Assembly: GCA_965228875.1 (NCBI GenBank)
Contig: OZ245843.1
Location: forward strand, 2,462,616 to 2,526,615
Length of the DNA stretch: 64,000 nucleotides
Origin: Thalassobaculaceae bacterium
GTDB taxonomy: Bacteria; Pseudomonadota; Alphaproteobacteria; Thalassobaculales; Thalassobaculaceae
Reading direction: 5' to 3'
Shown here piece after piece: positions 32,301 to 39,237 of this stretch (positions within the stretch are counted from its first letter, which is position 1; each line of letters begins with the position of its first letter). A program made the position numbers and the translations under genes. A model generated the notes under the pieces. That model saw only the letters and a list, made by a program, of their open reading frames with translations. It did no database searches and was not told the origin of the DNA.

Positions 32301-32352
32301 GCGCGGCCGCGCGATCATGAAGCGAAGACGAAGGCAGAACATCCTGTGCCAC
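26386..32352 (-). CDS. Giant repetitive surface/secreted protein: DUF4347 + 11 bacterial Ig-like repeats + Thr-rich linker + RTX (GGxGxD) repeats; probable type I secretion substrate
   Basis: N-terminal 'HILSHGAPG...LYGCSVA...ASDRPVG..DW' (DUF4347); 11 copies of 'PD[LM]..[AS]SD.G.S.[TS]DN.T'; many GGxGxD nonapeptides; ends in 'DMFQFF'; no Sec signal peptide. Confidence 0.9.
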   Translation of the reverse strand: MAQDVLPSSSLHDRAAARIVLVDPGVTDARVLTEGLAPGWTTVDLPAADLPDANLSDANLSGAKLPGAGSTGNGLAAVVTALAGHADIRSLHILSHGAPGEIALSSGPITLATLHGQPALVAALSRVLADDAEIVLYGCSVAAGAEGAAFVDRLAAATGARVTASDRPVGSAALDADWSFFAGRRSAFTAEAMAAYPGRLATFDFTTATGGTQTLTTTATDTNSVTLTMTHSGGAGNWLVTDPDAGGSSGGGSTGNAALQNVAQATYTFSFSNPGGNGQSITSMVVFGANAQAIDNGTFTFTPTGGSNSNVTVSGVNFVEQDGYEGTTVNLNWTGITSFTVTYSGTDQALGFDTIIFTETAEVVPTLGTPDLLAASDSGTSNTDNITNVTAPVFTGAGATAGNTVHVLVGGTTVGSVTADGSGNWTFAFAGSLAQGSNVITAVQDTGSAESPASTALTVLVDSTAPSTLARPDLLAASDLGSSNTDNITSTTSLQLTGAGSAGDIVSILVGNSTVGIATVSGTGSWSYTATLSDGSYAITTLATDTAGNSGPASAALGVVVDATAPTTLATPDLLAASDLGVSNTDNITSSATQQLTGSAADAATVTILAGTSTLNNVAVSGGSWSYTATLGSGSYAITVFATDTAGNAGAASTALGMVIDTTPPGTINTPDLLASSDSGTSNTDNITNNALPTIAGTGAVANGLVQIMLGASTQGVVTASAVGAWTFTFTATLGSGSNVVTALAQDTAGNSGPASAGLTILVDTVAATLAIPDLVAASDTGLSNTDNVTSDSTPTFGGGSADAGAIVHILSNGSTLGSATATGAGNWSFTVTTTLADGSYAITVLQTDTAGNTGAASSALNMVVDTVAPTTLSTPDLLAASDLGISSTDNITSSTTQQFTGSATDGDRVSILVGNSTANVVTASGGSWSYTHTLAAGSYAITVQATDAIGNAGPVSTALGVVIDTTPPGTVGAPDMIASSDSGTSNTDNITNNALPTIAGTGALANGLVQILLGASTQGVVTASAVGAWTFTFTATLGSGSNVITALAQDTAGNSGPASAALTVVVDTVAATLAIPDLVAASDTGLSNTDNITSDSTPTFGGGSADAGAIVHILSNGSTLGAATATGAGNWSFTVTTTLADGSYAITVLQTDTAGNTSAASSALNMVVDTVAPTTLSTPDLLAASDLGISSSDNITSATTQQFSGSATDGDRVSILVGNSTANVVTASGGSWSYTHTLAAGSYAITVQATDAIGNAGPVSTALGVVIDTTPPGTVGAPDMIASSDLGSSNTDNVTSDSTPTFTGTGALANSLVHILIGGTTVGSVTSSGTGAWTFTAATLAAGTQAVTAKAEDIAGNDGPASATLNVVLDLTAPAAPGTLATPDLTAASDNGPSSTDNNTTDATPTFTGSNTSGSTVHVLLASGTTVGSFTSNPGGTYEVTASSLTAGSYAITIREVDQAGNASADSPALGLTIGVEQQDDNNSGGGGGGSGSGSGSDTSTTVPATSTTTTTTTTNPTTGSTTTTQTQTVQNTSTTTNASAAIVENTNNNGNVVTATLPPSTSISSEGPSTAQSTTDALTTLVNAVDARDSTAESDLISGAQTFLNNLAATTTLDVRTIIPTSTSTSLSSPIVITGTSAADGSTQSEAFVIDMRSLPSGTSLQLDNIEFASIMGSTTVTGGTGANYVTADDSNQFISLGEGNDTLYGGSGNDTVGSGSGDDVLAGEAGDDSVFGGTGDDTTIGGMGSDVAYGNAQNDVVYGNQSNDTLYGGQDSDTLFGGQDNDVVYGNLGSDSLSGQLGEDTLFGGQGDDLLYGGSGNDVLAGNLQNDVLSGGGGDDTLSGGGDFDVLYGGVGDDNLAGGAGDDTLYGGLAGGSSGIDVLGGGDGDDVIYGGEGIDWIYTGSGSDAIYIEASNGYDVVVDFDSLSGDVIHIASNVNGSGIASFADVLAAATDSAEGNVEIDLGSNNFVRIVGVTTSQLSSDMFQFF
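28496..30330. repeat. Near-identical 912-bp tandem duplication (three Ig-like domains, 304 aa) inside the giant gene
   Basis: CGACGCGATCATGTCCGGCGCGCCGACC at 28501 and 29413; antisense ORFs 28940/29852 and 28694/29606 are also offset by exactly 912. Confidence 0.92.
32156..32215. repeat. 15-bp in-frame tandem repeat inside the DUF4347 domain
   Basis: GACAGGTTGGCGTCC x2 exact (32171-32200) plus two degenerate flanking units; encodes ADLPD-ANLSD-ANLSG-AKLPG. Confidence 0.75.
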
Positions 32353-32540
32353 GGTGCGACATCCCGAATTTCGTTGGTCCCGTCTACCCGCCAGTGCTCC
32401 GCCGGCCGATTTGGAGAGCGGGCATCAACGCCCGCAAACCTGTTCAACCAAAGCGAAACCCTGCCGATTTTCACTCTTAGATCAAACTTGGCTCAATTTT
32501 GAAACTGAAATCCAGACACAAAGTTGTCGGTCAAATTTTG

Positions 32541-32569
32541 GTTAACGGCTTGCCGATCAGGCCGTTAAC
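32541..32569. promoter_or_regulatory. Inverted repeat in the divergent promoter region, candidate operator
   Basis: GTTAACGGC-N11-GCCGTTAAC, within a relatively AT-rich intergenic region. Confidence 0.45.
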
Positions 32570-32870
32570 GAAATCTCCACGCTCAATTCAAGGGTGCGAA
32601 TCGGCGGTTTCGTTGACCCTCCGCCCTCCGCGAGTCGCCTCGGCAGCGGACCGACGGGCACCCCGACAGACCGGGTGCGCGGGCGCCACACTGACCAGAA
32701 ATAGAACACTCTTCACGCAATTGGCGGTTGCCAAATCGTACGATCTGCCGCTAGCCTCCGTCGCACTTACTGCGTGTTTTGAATAAAAATGCACAGAAAC
32801 CAATGCATGTCGCTCTGGCGCCGGGTTCCCAACGGGCCGCGTCGCAGGGTGCCCCGGAGGGAGCTGGACC

Positions 32871-33350
32871 ATGGCGGATTTCACGGCCGAGACTTTCGAA
32901 CCCCTGACGGGCCAGACGTTCACGCTCCTCGCCTTCGGCGGCACCGACGAGGACGGGAACGAGCACGAACCGGCGCAGTTTCCCGTCACCCTGGAGAAAG
33001 TCGCCAGGTCGGAACCGGTGTGCTACCCGGACACGTACGAACGCGACGAGGCCGGTGCGGTCAAGACCGATGCAGACGGAAAGCGGATCGTCGCCAAGAA
33101 GGGCGAGCCCGTCCCCGACCTTCCGGCCCCCTTCGCGCTTGTGTTCAGAGCGCCGGACCACACGCCGGTCACGGATGGCGCCTACACGATCACCCACAAG
33201 GACCTGGGGTCGCTCGAAGGGCTCAGCCTGTCGCGCGAACTGGTGACCAAACCCGGCAAGATCCGCTTCGACGACAACAACAAAGCCACCGAAGTCGACG
33301 GCGACGTTCTCGACCACGACACGTGCCTGCTGTGCGTGCAGTTCTCGTGA
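32871..33350 (+). CDS. DUF6916-like protein (with internal insertion)
   Basis: 'TFEPLTGQTF...VTLEKV...PFALVFRAP...YTITHKDLG...VQFS'; similar pattern to 34155..34499; GGAGGGAG upstream. Confidence 0.65.
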   Translation: MADFTAETFEPLTGQTFTLLAFGGTDEDGNEHEPAQFPVTLEKVARSEPVCYPDTYERDEAGAVKTDADGKRIVAKKGEPVPDLPAPFALVFRAPDHTPVTDGAYTITHKDLGSLEGLSLSRELVTKPGKIRFDDNNKATEVDGDVLDHDTCLLCVQFS

Positions 33351-33356
33351 GCCGTC

Positions 33357-33404
33357 CCCAGATCCCGCGCCAGACCCCAAGCCAGACCCCACGCCAGATC
33401 CCAT
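33357..33404. repeat. Intergenic 12-bp tandem repeat x4
   Basis: cccagatcccgc / gccagaccccaa / gccagaccccac / gccagatcccat. Confidence 0.75.
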
Positions 33405-33476
33405 GGGGCGCCCCCGCACGATCTCGGCCCGCCTGCGCAACAACCGACGCCAATACATCATTTCCGGGAGGACCCG

Positions 33477-34100
33477 ATGCCTGAAGCCAGCTCTACGCTG
33501 ATCGGAGAGATCTGCACCTTCGGATTTAATTTCCCGCCTCGCGACTTCGCATTCTGCGCTGGCCAGACGGTCGCTATATCGCAGAATCCGACACTGTACT
33601 CCCTGATCGGCACCTGGTTCGGCGGCAACGGCCGAACCTCCTTCGCCTATCCGAACATGACCTCGCGCATGCCGGTCGGCTTCAACATGGGTGGCGGCAT
33701 CGGTCTGACCCCCTACAATATGGGGCAGTACGGCGGTTACGAGCACATCACGCTCTTGTCGGACCAGATGCCGAAGCACGCGCACGCCGCCACCTTCACG
33801 TCCGCCGGCGGAACCGCCGCGAGCGGAACGATGAAGGTCCTCGACTCCGCCGCCGGCTCGGACACCCCCGCCGCTGGAGGCTGGATCGCGGGCGGCAACG
33901 CCGTCGCCTTCGCCGCCGCCAAGCTGCCTTTCCACAACGAGGTCGAGATCGACGGCCTCACGATCAGCGGTGGCACCAGCGGGACCGGAACGGTCACCGT
34001 CGGCACGACGGGAGACAGTCAAGGGCACGAAAACCGGGCGCCGTTTCAGGCGATCAACTTCTCGATCTGCGAGGACGGGATCTATCCGTCGCGTAACTGA
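33477..34100 (+). CDS. Phage tail collar domain protein 1 (MdpB/'microcystin-dependent protein'-like), 207 aa
   Basis: 'IGEICTFGFNFPPRDFAFCAGQ..ISQNPTLYSLIGT.FGGNG', 'MPKHAH', C-terminal 'PFQAINFSICEDGIYPSRN'. Confidence 0.9.
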   Translation: MPEASSTLIGEICTFGFNFPPRDFAFCAGQTVAISQNPTLYSLIGTWFGGNGRTSFAYPNMTSRMPVGFNMGGGIGLTPYNMGQYGGYEHITLLSDQMPKHAHAATFTSAGGTAASGTMKVLDSAAGSDTPAAGGWIAGGNAVAFAAAKLPFHNEVEIDGLTISGGTSGTGTVTVGTTGDSQGHENRAPFQAINFSICEDGIYPSRN

Positions 34101-34154
34101 TCGTTGCAAGCCCAGCCCGGTCGAGTGGCCGGTCGAACGGACGGAGTTGGACGA

Positions 34155-34499
34155 ATGTCGGTTTCCGAGGCTGCCCCCTCCAGCCTGTACATGCTGCGCG
34201 CGGAGCTGTTCCGGCCCCGGGTCGGCGACACCTTCTGGATCGAGGGACCGAAAGGCGCCCTGCCGATCAAACTGGTCAAGGTCGAGGAGGGCGCGGTGCC
34301 GCTGTTCAGCGGGACCGAACGCTGCCCGTTCACCCTCGTTTTCATCGGGCCGGTCGGCGTGCACACGGAGCATCACCTGATGCTCAATCTCCGGCATCCC
34401 GCGCTGGGCCTGATCGAGGGCGTGTTCATCGGCCCCTGCGCCGGCGACCATCACCCGTCCTGGGGCCAGGGTCAGCTCTGGTCCGCCACCTTCACCTGA
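34155..34499 (+). CDS. DUF6916-like protein
   Basis: 'FRPRVGDTF...IKLVKV...RCPFTLVFIGP...LRHPALG...FIGP...WSATFT'; ATG at 34155. Confidence 0.7.
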   Translation: MSVSEAAPSSLYMLRAELFRPRVGDTFWIEGPKGALPIKLVKVEEGAVPLFSGTERCPFTLVFIGPVGVHTEHHLMLNLRHPALGLIEGVFIGPCAGDHHPSWGQGQLWSATFT

Positions 34500-34590
34500 C
34501 GGTGAGGGCGACATAACCGCAGCCCCTCACTTTTCCAGGGGGCGAAAACTGGCGCGCGTGCGATGACGCGGCACAACAGGGAGAATTTCG

Positions 34591-35214
34591 ATGGCAGCTC
34601 CAGGCACAGCCTTCATCGCCGACATCGCGATGTACGGGTTCCATTTCGCGCCGTACCAGTGGACGTTTTGCGCCGGACAGACCATGGCCATCTCGCAGAA
34701 TCAGGCGCTGTACTCGTTGATCGGGACGTATTTCGGCGGCGATGGCCGGACAATGATGGGGATGCCGTCCCTGTCGTCCAGGGCACCGGTCGGATTCGAC
34801 ATGGGGGCCGCCCCCGGTCTCACCAAGTATGGCATGGGGCACCGCGACGGTCTGGAATACACCACCCTGACCAAGCAGAACCTGCCGGCACACACTCATC
34901 CCGCCACATTCACGGAGGTCGGCGCGACGACGGCGACCGGCAGCATGAAGGTCCTGACGAACGGCGCGTCCAGTTCGACTCCCGCCGCCGGGTCATGGAT
35001 CGCCGGCGGAAACGCCGTCATGTTCTCGGGCAGCAAGCTTCCGTTCCAGAACGAAGTCGAGATCGAAGGCCTGACCGTCACGGGCGGCGGCGGTCTGGCC
35101 GGGGTTGTCAACCTTGCTGACACGGGCGAATCGCAGTCGCACTACAACATGCCTCCGTTCCAGGCCGTGAATTTCTCGATCTGCGAACTCGGCCTTTACC
35201 CGACCCGGAACTAG
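34591..35214 (+). CDS. Phage tail collar domain protein 2, 207 aa
   Basis: 'FIADIAMYGFHFAP..WTFCAGQ..ISQNQALYSLIGTYFGGDG', 'LPAHTH', 'PFQAVNFSICELGLYPTRN'. Confidence 0.9.
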   Translation: MAAPGTAFIADIAMYGFHFAPYQWTFCAGQTMAISQNQALYSLIGTYFGGDGRTMMGMPSLSSRAPVGFDMGAAPGLTKYGMGHRDGLEYTTLTKQNLPAHTHPATFTEVGATTATGSMKVLTNGASSSTPAAGSWIAGGNAVMFSGSKLPFQNEVEIEGLTVTGGGGLAGVVNLADTGESQSHYNMPPFQAVNFSICELGLYPTRN

Positions 35215-35383
35215 CCCGTCGCCGCCGTGCCGGCTGCGCGCGCGAGCAGGCACTGACGACCACCGATCACCACCGCGGCATGGTGGTGCCGCGCGGACGT
35301 TCTGATTGACCGTTACAGGCCCTGGCATCGCGGCGAGCCGCGTCGACCAGACGCCACCGCCACATTCGACCCAGGAGAGCACC

Positions 35384-36007
35384 ATGGCCGACGACCTGTT
35401 CTACACCTCCCAGATCTCGTTGTTCGGTTGTGACTACGCCATCGCGGACTGGTCGTTCTGCAACGGCGCCCAATTGCCCATCGCCCAGAACCCGGCCCTC
35501 TATTCCCTGCTCGGCATCGCCTTCGGTGGCGACGGACGGATGAGCTTCAACCTGCCTGATCTGGTCGGGCGGATGCCGCTGGGGACCGGGATGGACCATG
35601 GCACCTCGACGCGGATCTACCGCGGCGACAAGGGCGGCCAGTCCACGGTGGCGTTGGATGTCGCCAACCTGGCGACGCACAGTCATCAGGCCGTGTTCAC
35701 ACCGCACGGAAACGACGGCCCCACGACGGTGATGGTCACTGCCTTTGCCTCGGGCGCGGAGACCGAGACGCCGAACGACGGCGCCCTCATCGCCGGGAGC
35801 GAAAGCATGCGGTTTCGCTACCCGGGCGGGTCGAACGAACCCGCCCAGGTTGCGCTCGGCGGGGTCACGGTCACCGGCGGCGACAATTACGGCGGTAGCG
35901 TCGACGTGGACACCACCGGGACAGGCACCCCGTTCAGTGTCCAGAACCCCTATCTCGGCCTCGGCTACCAGATCTGCCTCAGCGGCATCTACCCGACCCG
36001 AGAGTAA
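35384..36007 (+). CDS. Phage tail collar domain protein 3, 207 aa
   Basis: ATG at 35384 after AGGAG; 'WSFCNGAQLPIAQNPALYSLLG..FGGDG..FNLPDLVGR', 'LATHSH', 'PYLGLGYQICLSGIYPTRE'. Confidence 0.9.
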   Translation: MADDLFYTSQISLFGCDYAIADWSFCNGAQLPIAQNPALYSLLGIAFGGDGRMSFNLPDLVGRMPLGTGMDHGTSTRIYRGDKGGQSTVALDVANLATHSHQAVFTPHGNDGPTTVMVTAFASGAETETPNDGALIAGSESMRFRYPGGSNEPAQVALGGVTVTGGDNYGGSVDVDTTGTGTPFSVQNPYLGLGYQICLSGIYPTRE

Positions 36008-36022
36008 CCCGGACCGTCGGCG

Positions 36023-37600
36023 TCAGAACGCCAGCGCGTCGACCCGCACCACCTGCGGCAGGGCACGCACCGCCTCGAGCACCGAGGCGTCCACCCGATC
36101 GTCGATCTCGACCAGGGCGATCGCCTCGCCGCCCGACTCCCGCCGGCCGAGGTGGAAGGTGGCGATGTTCACGCCCGCCTCGCCCAGCATCGAGCCCAGA
36201 GTCCCAATGAAACCGGGCTTGTCGTAGTTGCGGACGTAAAGCATCCGCGGGGCGAAATCGGCCTCCACGGCGATGCCCTGCACCCCGACCAGCCGCGGCT
36301 TGTCGCCGCCGATCAGGGTGCCGACCACCTCGCGGGTCCGGCTGTCGGTGGTCACGGTCACCCGCATGAGCGTCTGATAGTCGGGCTCGCGGTCGTGGCG
36401 CGTGACGCTGACGTCGATCCCGCGCTGGTGCGCCATCGACGGAGCGTTGACCATGTTGACGCTGTCCACCTGCGGGCGCAGTACGCCGGCGATGGCGGCG
36501 GCCTTGACCGGTTCGGCGTTCAGGCCGGCGGCATGTCCCTCGAGCTCGACCTGGATGGAGCGGATGGCCGAACGCACGAGTTGCCCGCAGAACGACCCCA
36601 TGAGTTCCGCCAGGCGCATGTAGGGGCGCAGGATCGGCGCCTCCTCGGCCGTGACCGAGGGGACGTTGACGGCGTTCATGACCGCGCCGGTGAGGAGATA
36701 GTCGCTCATCTGCTCGGCGATCTGCAGCGCCACCTTCTCCTGCGCCTCGGACGTCGCCGCTCCCAGGTGCGGGGTGCAGATCACGTTCGGATGGCCGAAC
36801 AGCACGTTCTCGCGGGCCGGCTCGGTGACGAAGACGTCGAACGCCGCGCCGGCGACCCTGCCCTCGTCGAGGGCGGCGCGCAGGTCCTCCTCGACCACGA
36901 GTCCCCCGCGGGCACAGTTCACGATGCGCATGCCGGGCTTCATCTTGGCGATGGCCTCGGCGTCGATGATACCCCGCGTGCTGTCGGTCAGCGGCGTGTG
37001 CAGGCTGATGATGTCAGCCTCGGCGAACAGCTCCTCCAGATCGACCCGGCGCACGCCGAGCTCGACCGCCCGCTGTTCGGAGAGATACGGGTCATAGGCG
37101 ATCACGCGCATGCGCAGCCCCCTGGCCCGGTCGGCGACGATCCCGCCGATGTTGCCGCAGCCGACCAGCCCGAGCGTCTTGCCGGTCAGTTCGACGCCCA
37201 TGAACGCCGACTTCTCCCATTTGCCCGCCTGGGTCGAAGCGTCGGCCCGCGGGATCTGGCGGGCCAGCGCGAACATCATGGCGATGGCGTGCTCGGCGGT
37301 GGTCACGGCGTTTCCGAACGGCGTGTTCATGACGACGACGCCACGCTCGGTCGCGGCCCTGGTGTCGACGTTGTCGACGCCGATGCCGGCCCGCCCGACC
37401 ACCTTGAGGTTTGTCGCGGCGGCCAGCACGTCCGCCGTCACCTTGGTGGCCGAGCGGATGGCGAGGCCGTCATATCCGGAGATGACGGACAGCAGGTCGT
37501 CGGCGGGCAGGCCGGGGCGGAAGTCGGTCTCGATGCCGCGGGCGCGGAAGATGTCGACCGCCTGCTCGCTGAGCTTGTCGGAAATAAGAACCTTGGGCAT
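36023..37600 (-). CDS. serA: D-3-phosphoglycerate dehydrogenase
   Basis: 'GRAGIGVDNVD', 'GCGNIG', 'NCARGG', 'TPHLGA' and a C-terminal ACT domain. Confidence 0.97.
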   Translation of the reverse strand: MPKVLISDKLSEQAVDIFRARGIETDFRPGLPADDLLSVISGYDGLAIRSATKVTADVLAAATNLKVVGRAGIGVDNVDTRAATERGVVVMNTPFGNAVTTAEHAIAMMFALARQIPRADASTQAGKWEKSAFMGVELTGKTLGLVGCGNIGGIVADRARGLRMRVIAYDPYLSEQRAVELGVRRVDLEELFAEADIISLHTPLTDSTRGIIDAEAIAKMKPGMRIVNCARGGLVVEEDLRAALDEGRVAGAAFDVFVTEPARENVLFGHPNVICTPHLGAATSEAQEKVALQIAEQMSDYLLTGAVMNAVNVPSVTAEEAPILRPYMRLAELMGSFCGQLVRSAIRSIQVELEGHAAGLNAEPVKAAAIAGVLRPQVDSVNMVNAPSMAHQRGIDVSVTRHDREPDYQTLMRVTVTTDSRTREVVGTLIGGDKPRLVGVQGIAVEADFAPRMLYVRNYDKPGFIGTLGSMLGEAGVNIATFHLGRRESGGEAIALVEIDDRVDASVLEAVRALPQVVRVDALAF

Positions 37601-37687
37601 GGATTTGCTCCCAGGAATGTCGTTGACGGATCGATCTCCCGCAGGCGCATCGCGCGGTCTGGGACCCGGGGGTCGGTGGCCCGTCCC

Positions 37688-37716
37688 CCAGGTCCCGGCT
37701 CAGGGCCGGGAAGTCG
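37688..37716 (-). repeat. Dispersed member of the same CGAC-headed REP-like family
   Basis: Reverse complement reads CGACTTCCCGG-CCCTGAG-CCGGGACCTGG, with the same head and stem as the copies at 7649 and 8108 but a shorter loop; lies in the serC-serA intergenic region. Confidence 0.7.
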
Positions 37717-37728
37717 ATTGAAAAAGCG

Positions 37729-38892
37729 CTAGGCCGCTTTCGCCAGCGAGGCCTTCACCTCGCCCCAGGCCCAGTCGAGCCAGGGCAGCAGCGCCTCGAT
37801 ATCGGCGGTCTCGACGGTGGCACCGCCCCAGATCCGCAGGCCCGGCGGCGCGTCGCGATAGCCGGCGATGTCGTACCCGGCACCTTCGGCCTCCACCAGC
37901 GTCGCGATCTTCTTGGCGGCCGTCGCCTGCTCATCGGCGGACAGTGCCTGGAAGGCCGGGTCGACGATCGAGAGACAGATCGACGTGCAGGAGCGGATCG
38001 CCTTGTCGGCGGCCAGGAAACCGGCCCAATCGGAGCCCTCGACCCAGCTCTCGATCGCCGCGAGATTGGCCTCGCACCGCGCCTTCAGGGCCGGCAGGCC
38101 GCCGATCTCCTCGGCCCAGGCGAGCGTGTCGAGGGCATCCTCGACGGCCAGCATGGAGGGCGTGTTGATGGTCTCGCCCTTGAAGATCCCCTCGTTCAGC
38201 TTGCCGCCCTTGGTCAGGCGGAACAGCTTCGGCAGCGGCCAGGCCGGGGTATGGCTCTCCAGCCGCTCGACCGCACGCGGGCTCAGAACCAGCATGCCAT
38301 GGGCCGCCTCGCCGCCCAGCACCTTCTGCCAGGACCAGGTGACCACGTCGAGCTTGTCCCAGGCCAGGTCCATGGCGAACGCCGCCGAGGTCGCGTCGCA
38401 GATCGCCAACCCGCCACGATCGGCCGGAATCCAGTCGCCGTCCGGAACCCGCACGCCCGAAGTCGTACCGTTCCAGGTGAAGACCACGTCACGGGAGAAA
38501 TCGACCGCGGCGAGGTCGACGATCTCACCATAGGGTGCTTCCAAGACCCGAACGTCGTCGAGCTTGAGCTGTTTGGTGACGTCGGTCACCCAGCCGGCAC
38601 CGAAACTCTCCCACGCCAGCATGTCGACACCGCGGGCGCCGAGCAGGCTCCACAGCGCCAGTTCCACGGCGCCGGTGTCGGAGGCCGGCACGATGGCGAT
38701 GCGATAGTCGTCAGGAACGCCGAGAATCCGGCGTGATCTTTCGATCACGTCGGCCAGCTTGGCCTTTCCGATCTTGGAACGGTGAGACCGCCCGAGGGCG
38801 GCATCGGCGAGATTAGCGGGGCCCCATCCGGGTCGCTTCGCACACGGTCCGGACGAGAACAATGGCACCCGCGGCAGCTGCTGCGGCTTCAT
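37729..38892 (-). CDS. serC: Phosphoserine aminotransferase (alphaproteobacterial/Methanosarcina type)
   Basis: '[12 protein letters not shown]', 'SDTGAVE', 'WNGTTSGV', 'SWQKVLGGE', 'GLRIWGG'; upstream of serA. Confidence 0.95.
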   Translation of the reverse strand: MKPQQLPRVPLFSSGPCAKRPGWGPANLADAALGRSHRSKIGKAKLADVIERSRRILGVPDDYRIAIVPASDTGAVELALWSLLGARGVDMLAWESFGAGWVTDVTKQLKLDDVRVLEAPYGEIVDLAAVDFSRDVVFTWNGTTSGVRVPDGDWIPADRGGLAICDATSAAFAMDLAWDKLDVVTWSWQKVLGGEAAHGMLVLSPRAVERLESHTPAWPLPKLFRLTKGGKLNEGIFKGETINTPSMLAVEDALDTLAWAEEIGGLPALKARCEANLAAIESWVEGSDWAGFLAADKAIRSCTSICLSIVDPAFQALSADEQATAAKKIATLVEAEGAGYDIAGYRDAPPGLRIWGGATVETADIEALLPWLDWAWGEVKASLAKAA

Positions 38893-39237
38893 GGCTTCAT
38901 CCTTGAATGTAACCGCTCGTTGGGGAGCGGCGGCCCAGGATGGACACTAGAGAGGATCGCCAGCCTGTCAACTCTGACAACCACGCCGACGGCGTCCGAG
39001 CAGGCACCAGAAACCTCGGAGGCCGGCGCTCCGGGGCCATGCCATTCCCTCTCCTTCTTCCTGCGCCGTCCCGCCGGGTGTGGCCGACGAGCGCGACCAA
39101 AGGTTGCGGTTTGGACCTTGTCGCCCGCGAAACGATGCAACCGTTGCATCCCGCACTTGCGAAAAACCTCACTGGACTCCCTAAGCAATTGCCATCAGGC
39201 TTCCCTTTCCAAGAATCTCCAACAACGGAGGGGCTCA

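Noticed and set aside
32353..32870. c-di-GMP riboswitch, sigma-54 promoter or canonical CtrA box upstream of the adhesin/collar genes
   Set aside because: Only fragments match (GCAAAC, TGGC, TTAAC); spacing and paired elements do not fit the consensus by eye. A covariance-model search would be needed.
32871..36007. Prophage, tailocin or contractile injection system
   Set aside because: Only collar-domain genes are present; there are no sheath, tube, baseplate, capsid, terminase, lysis or integrase genes in the window.
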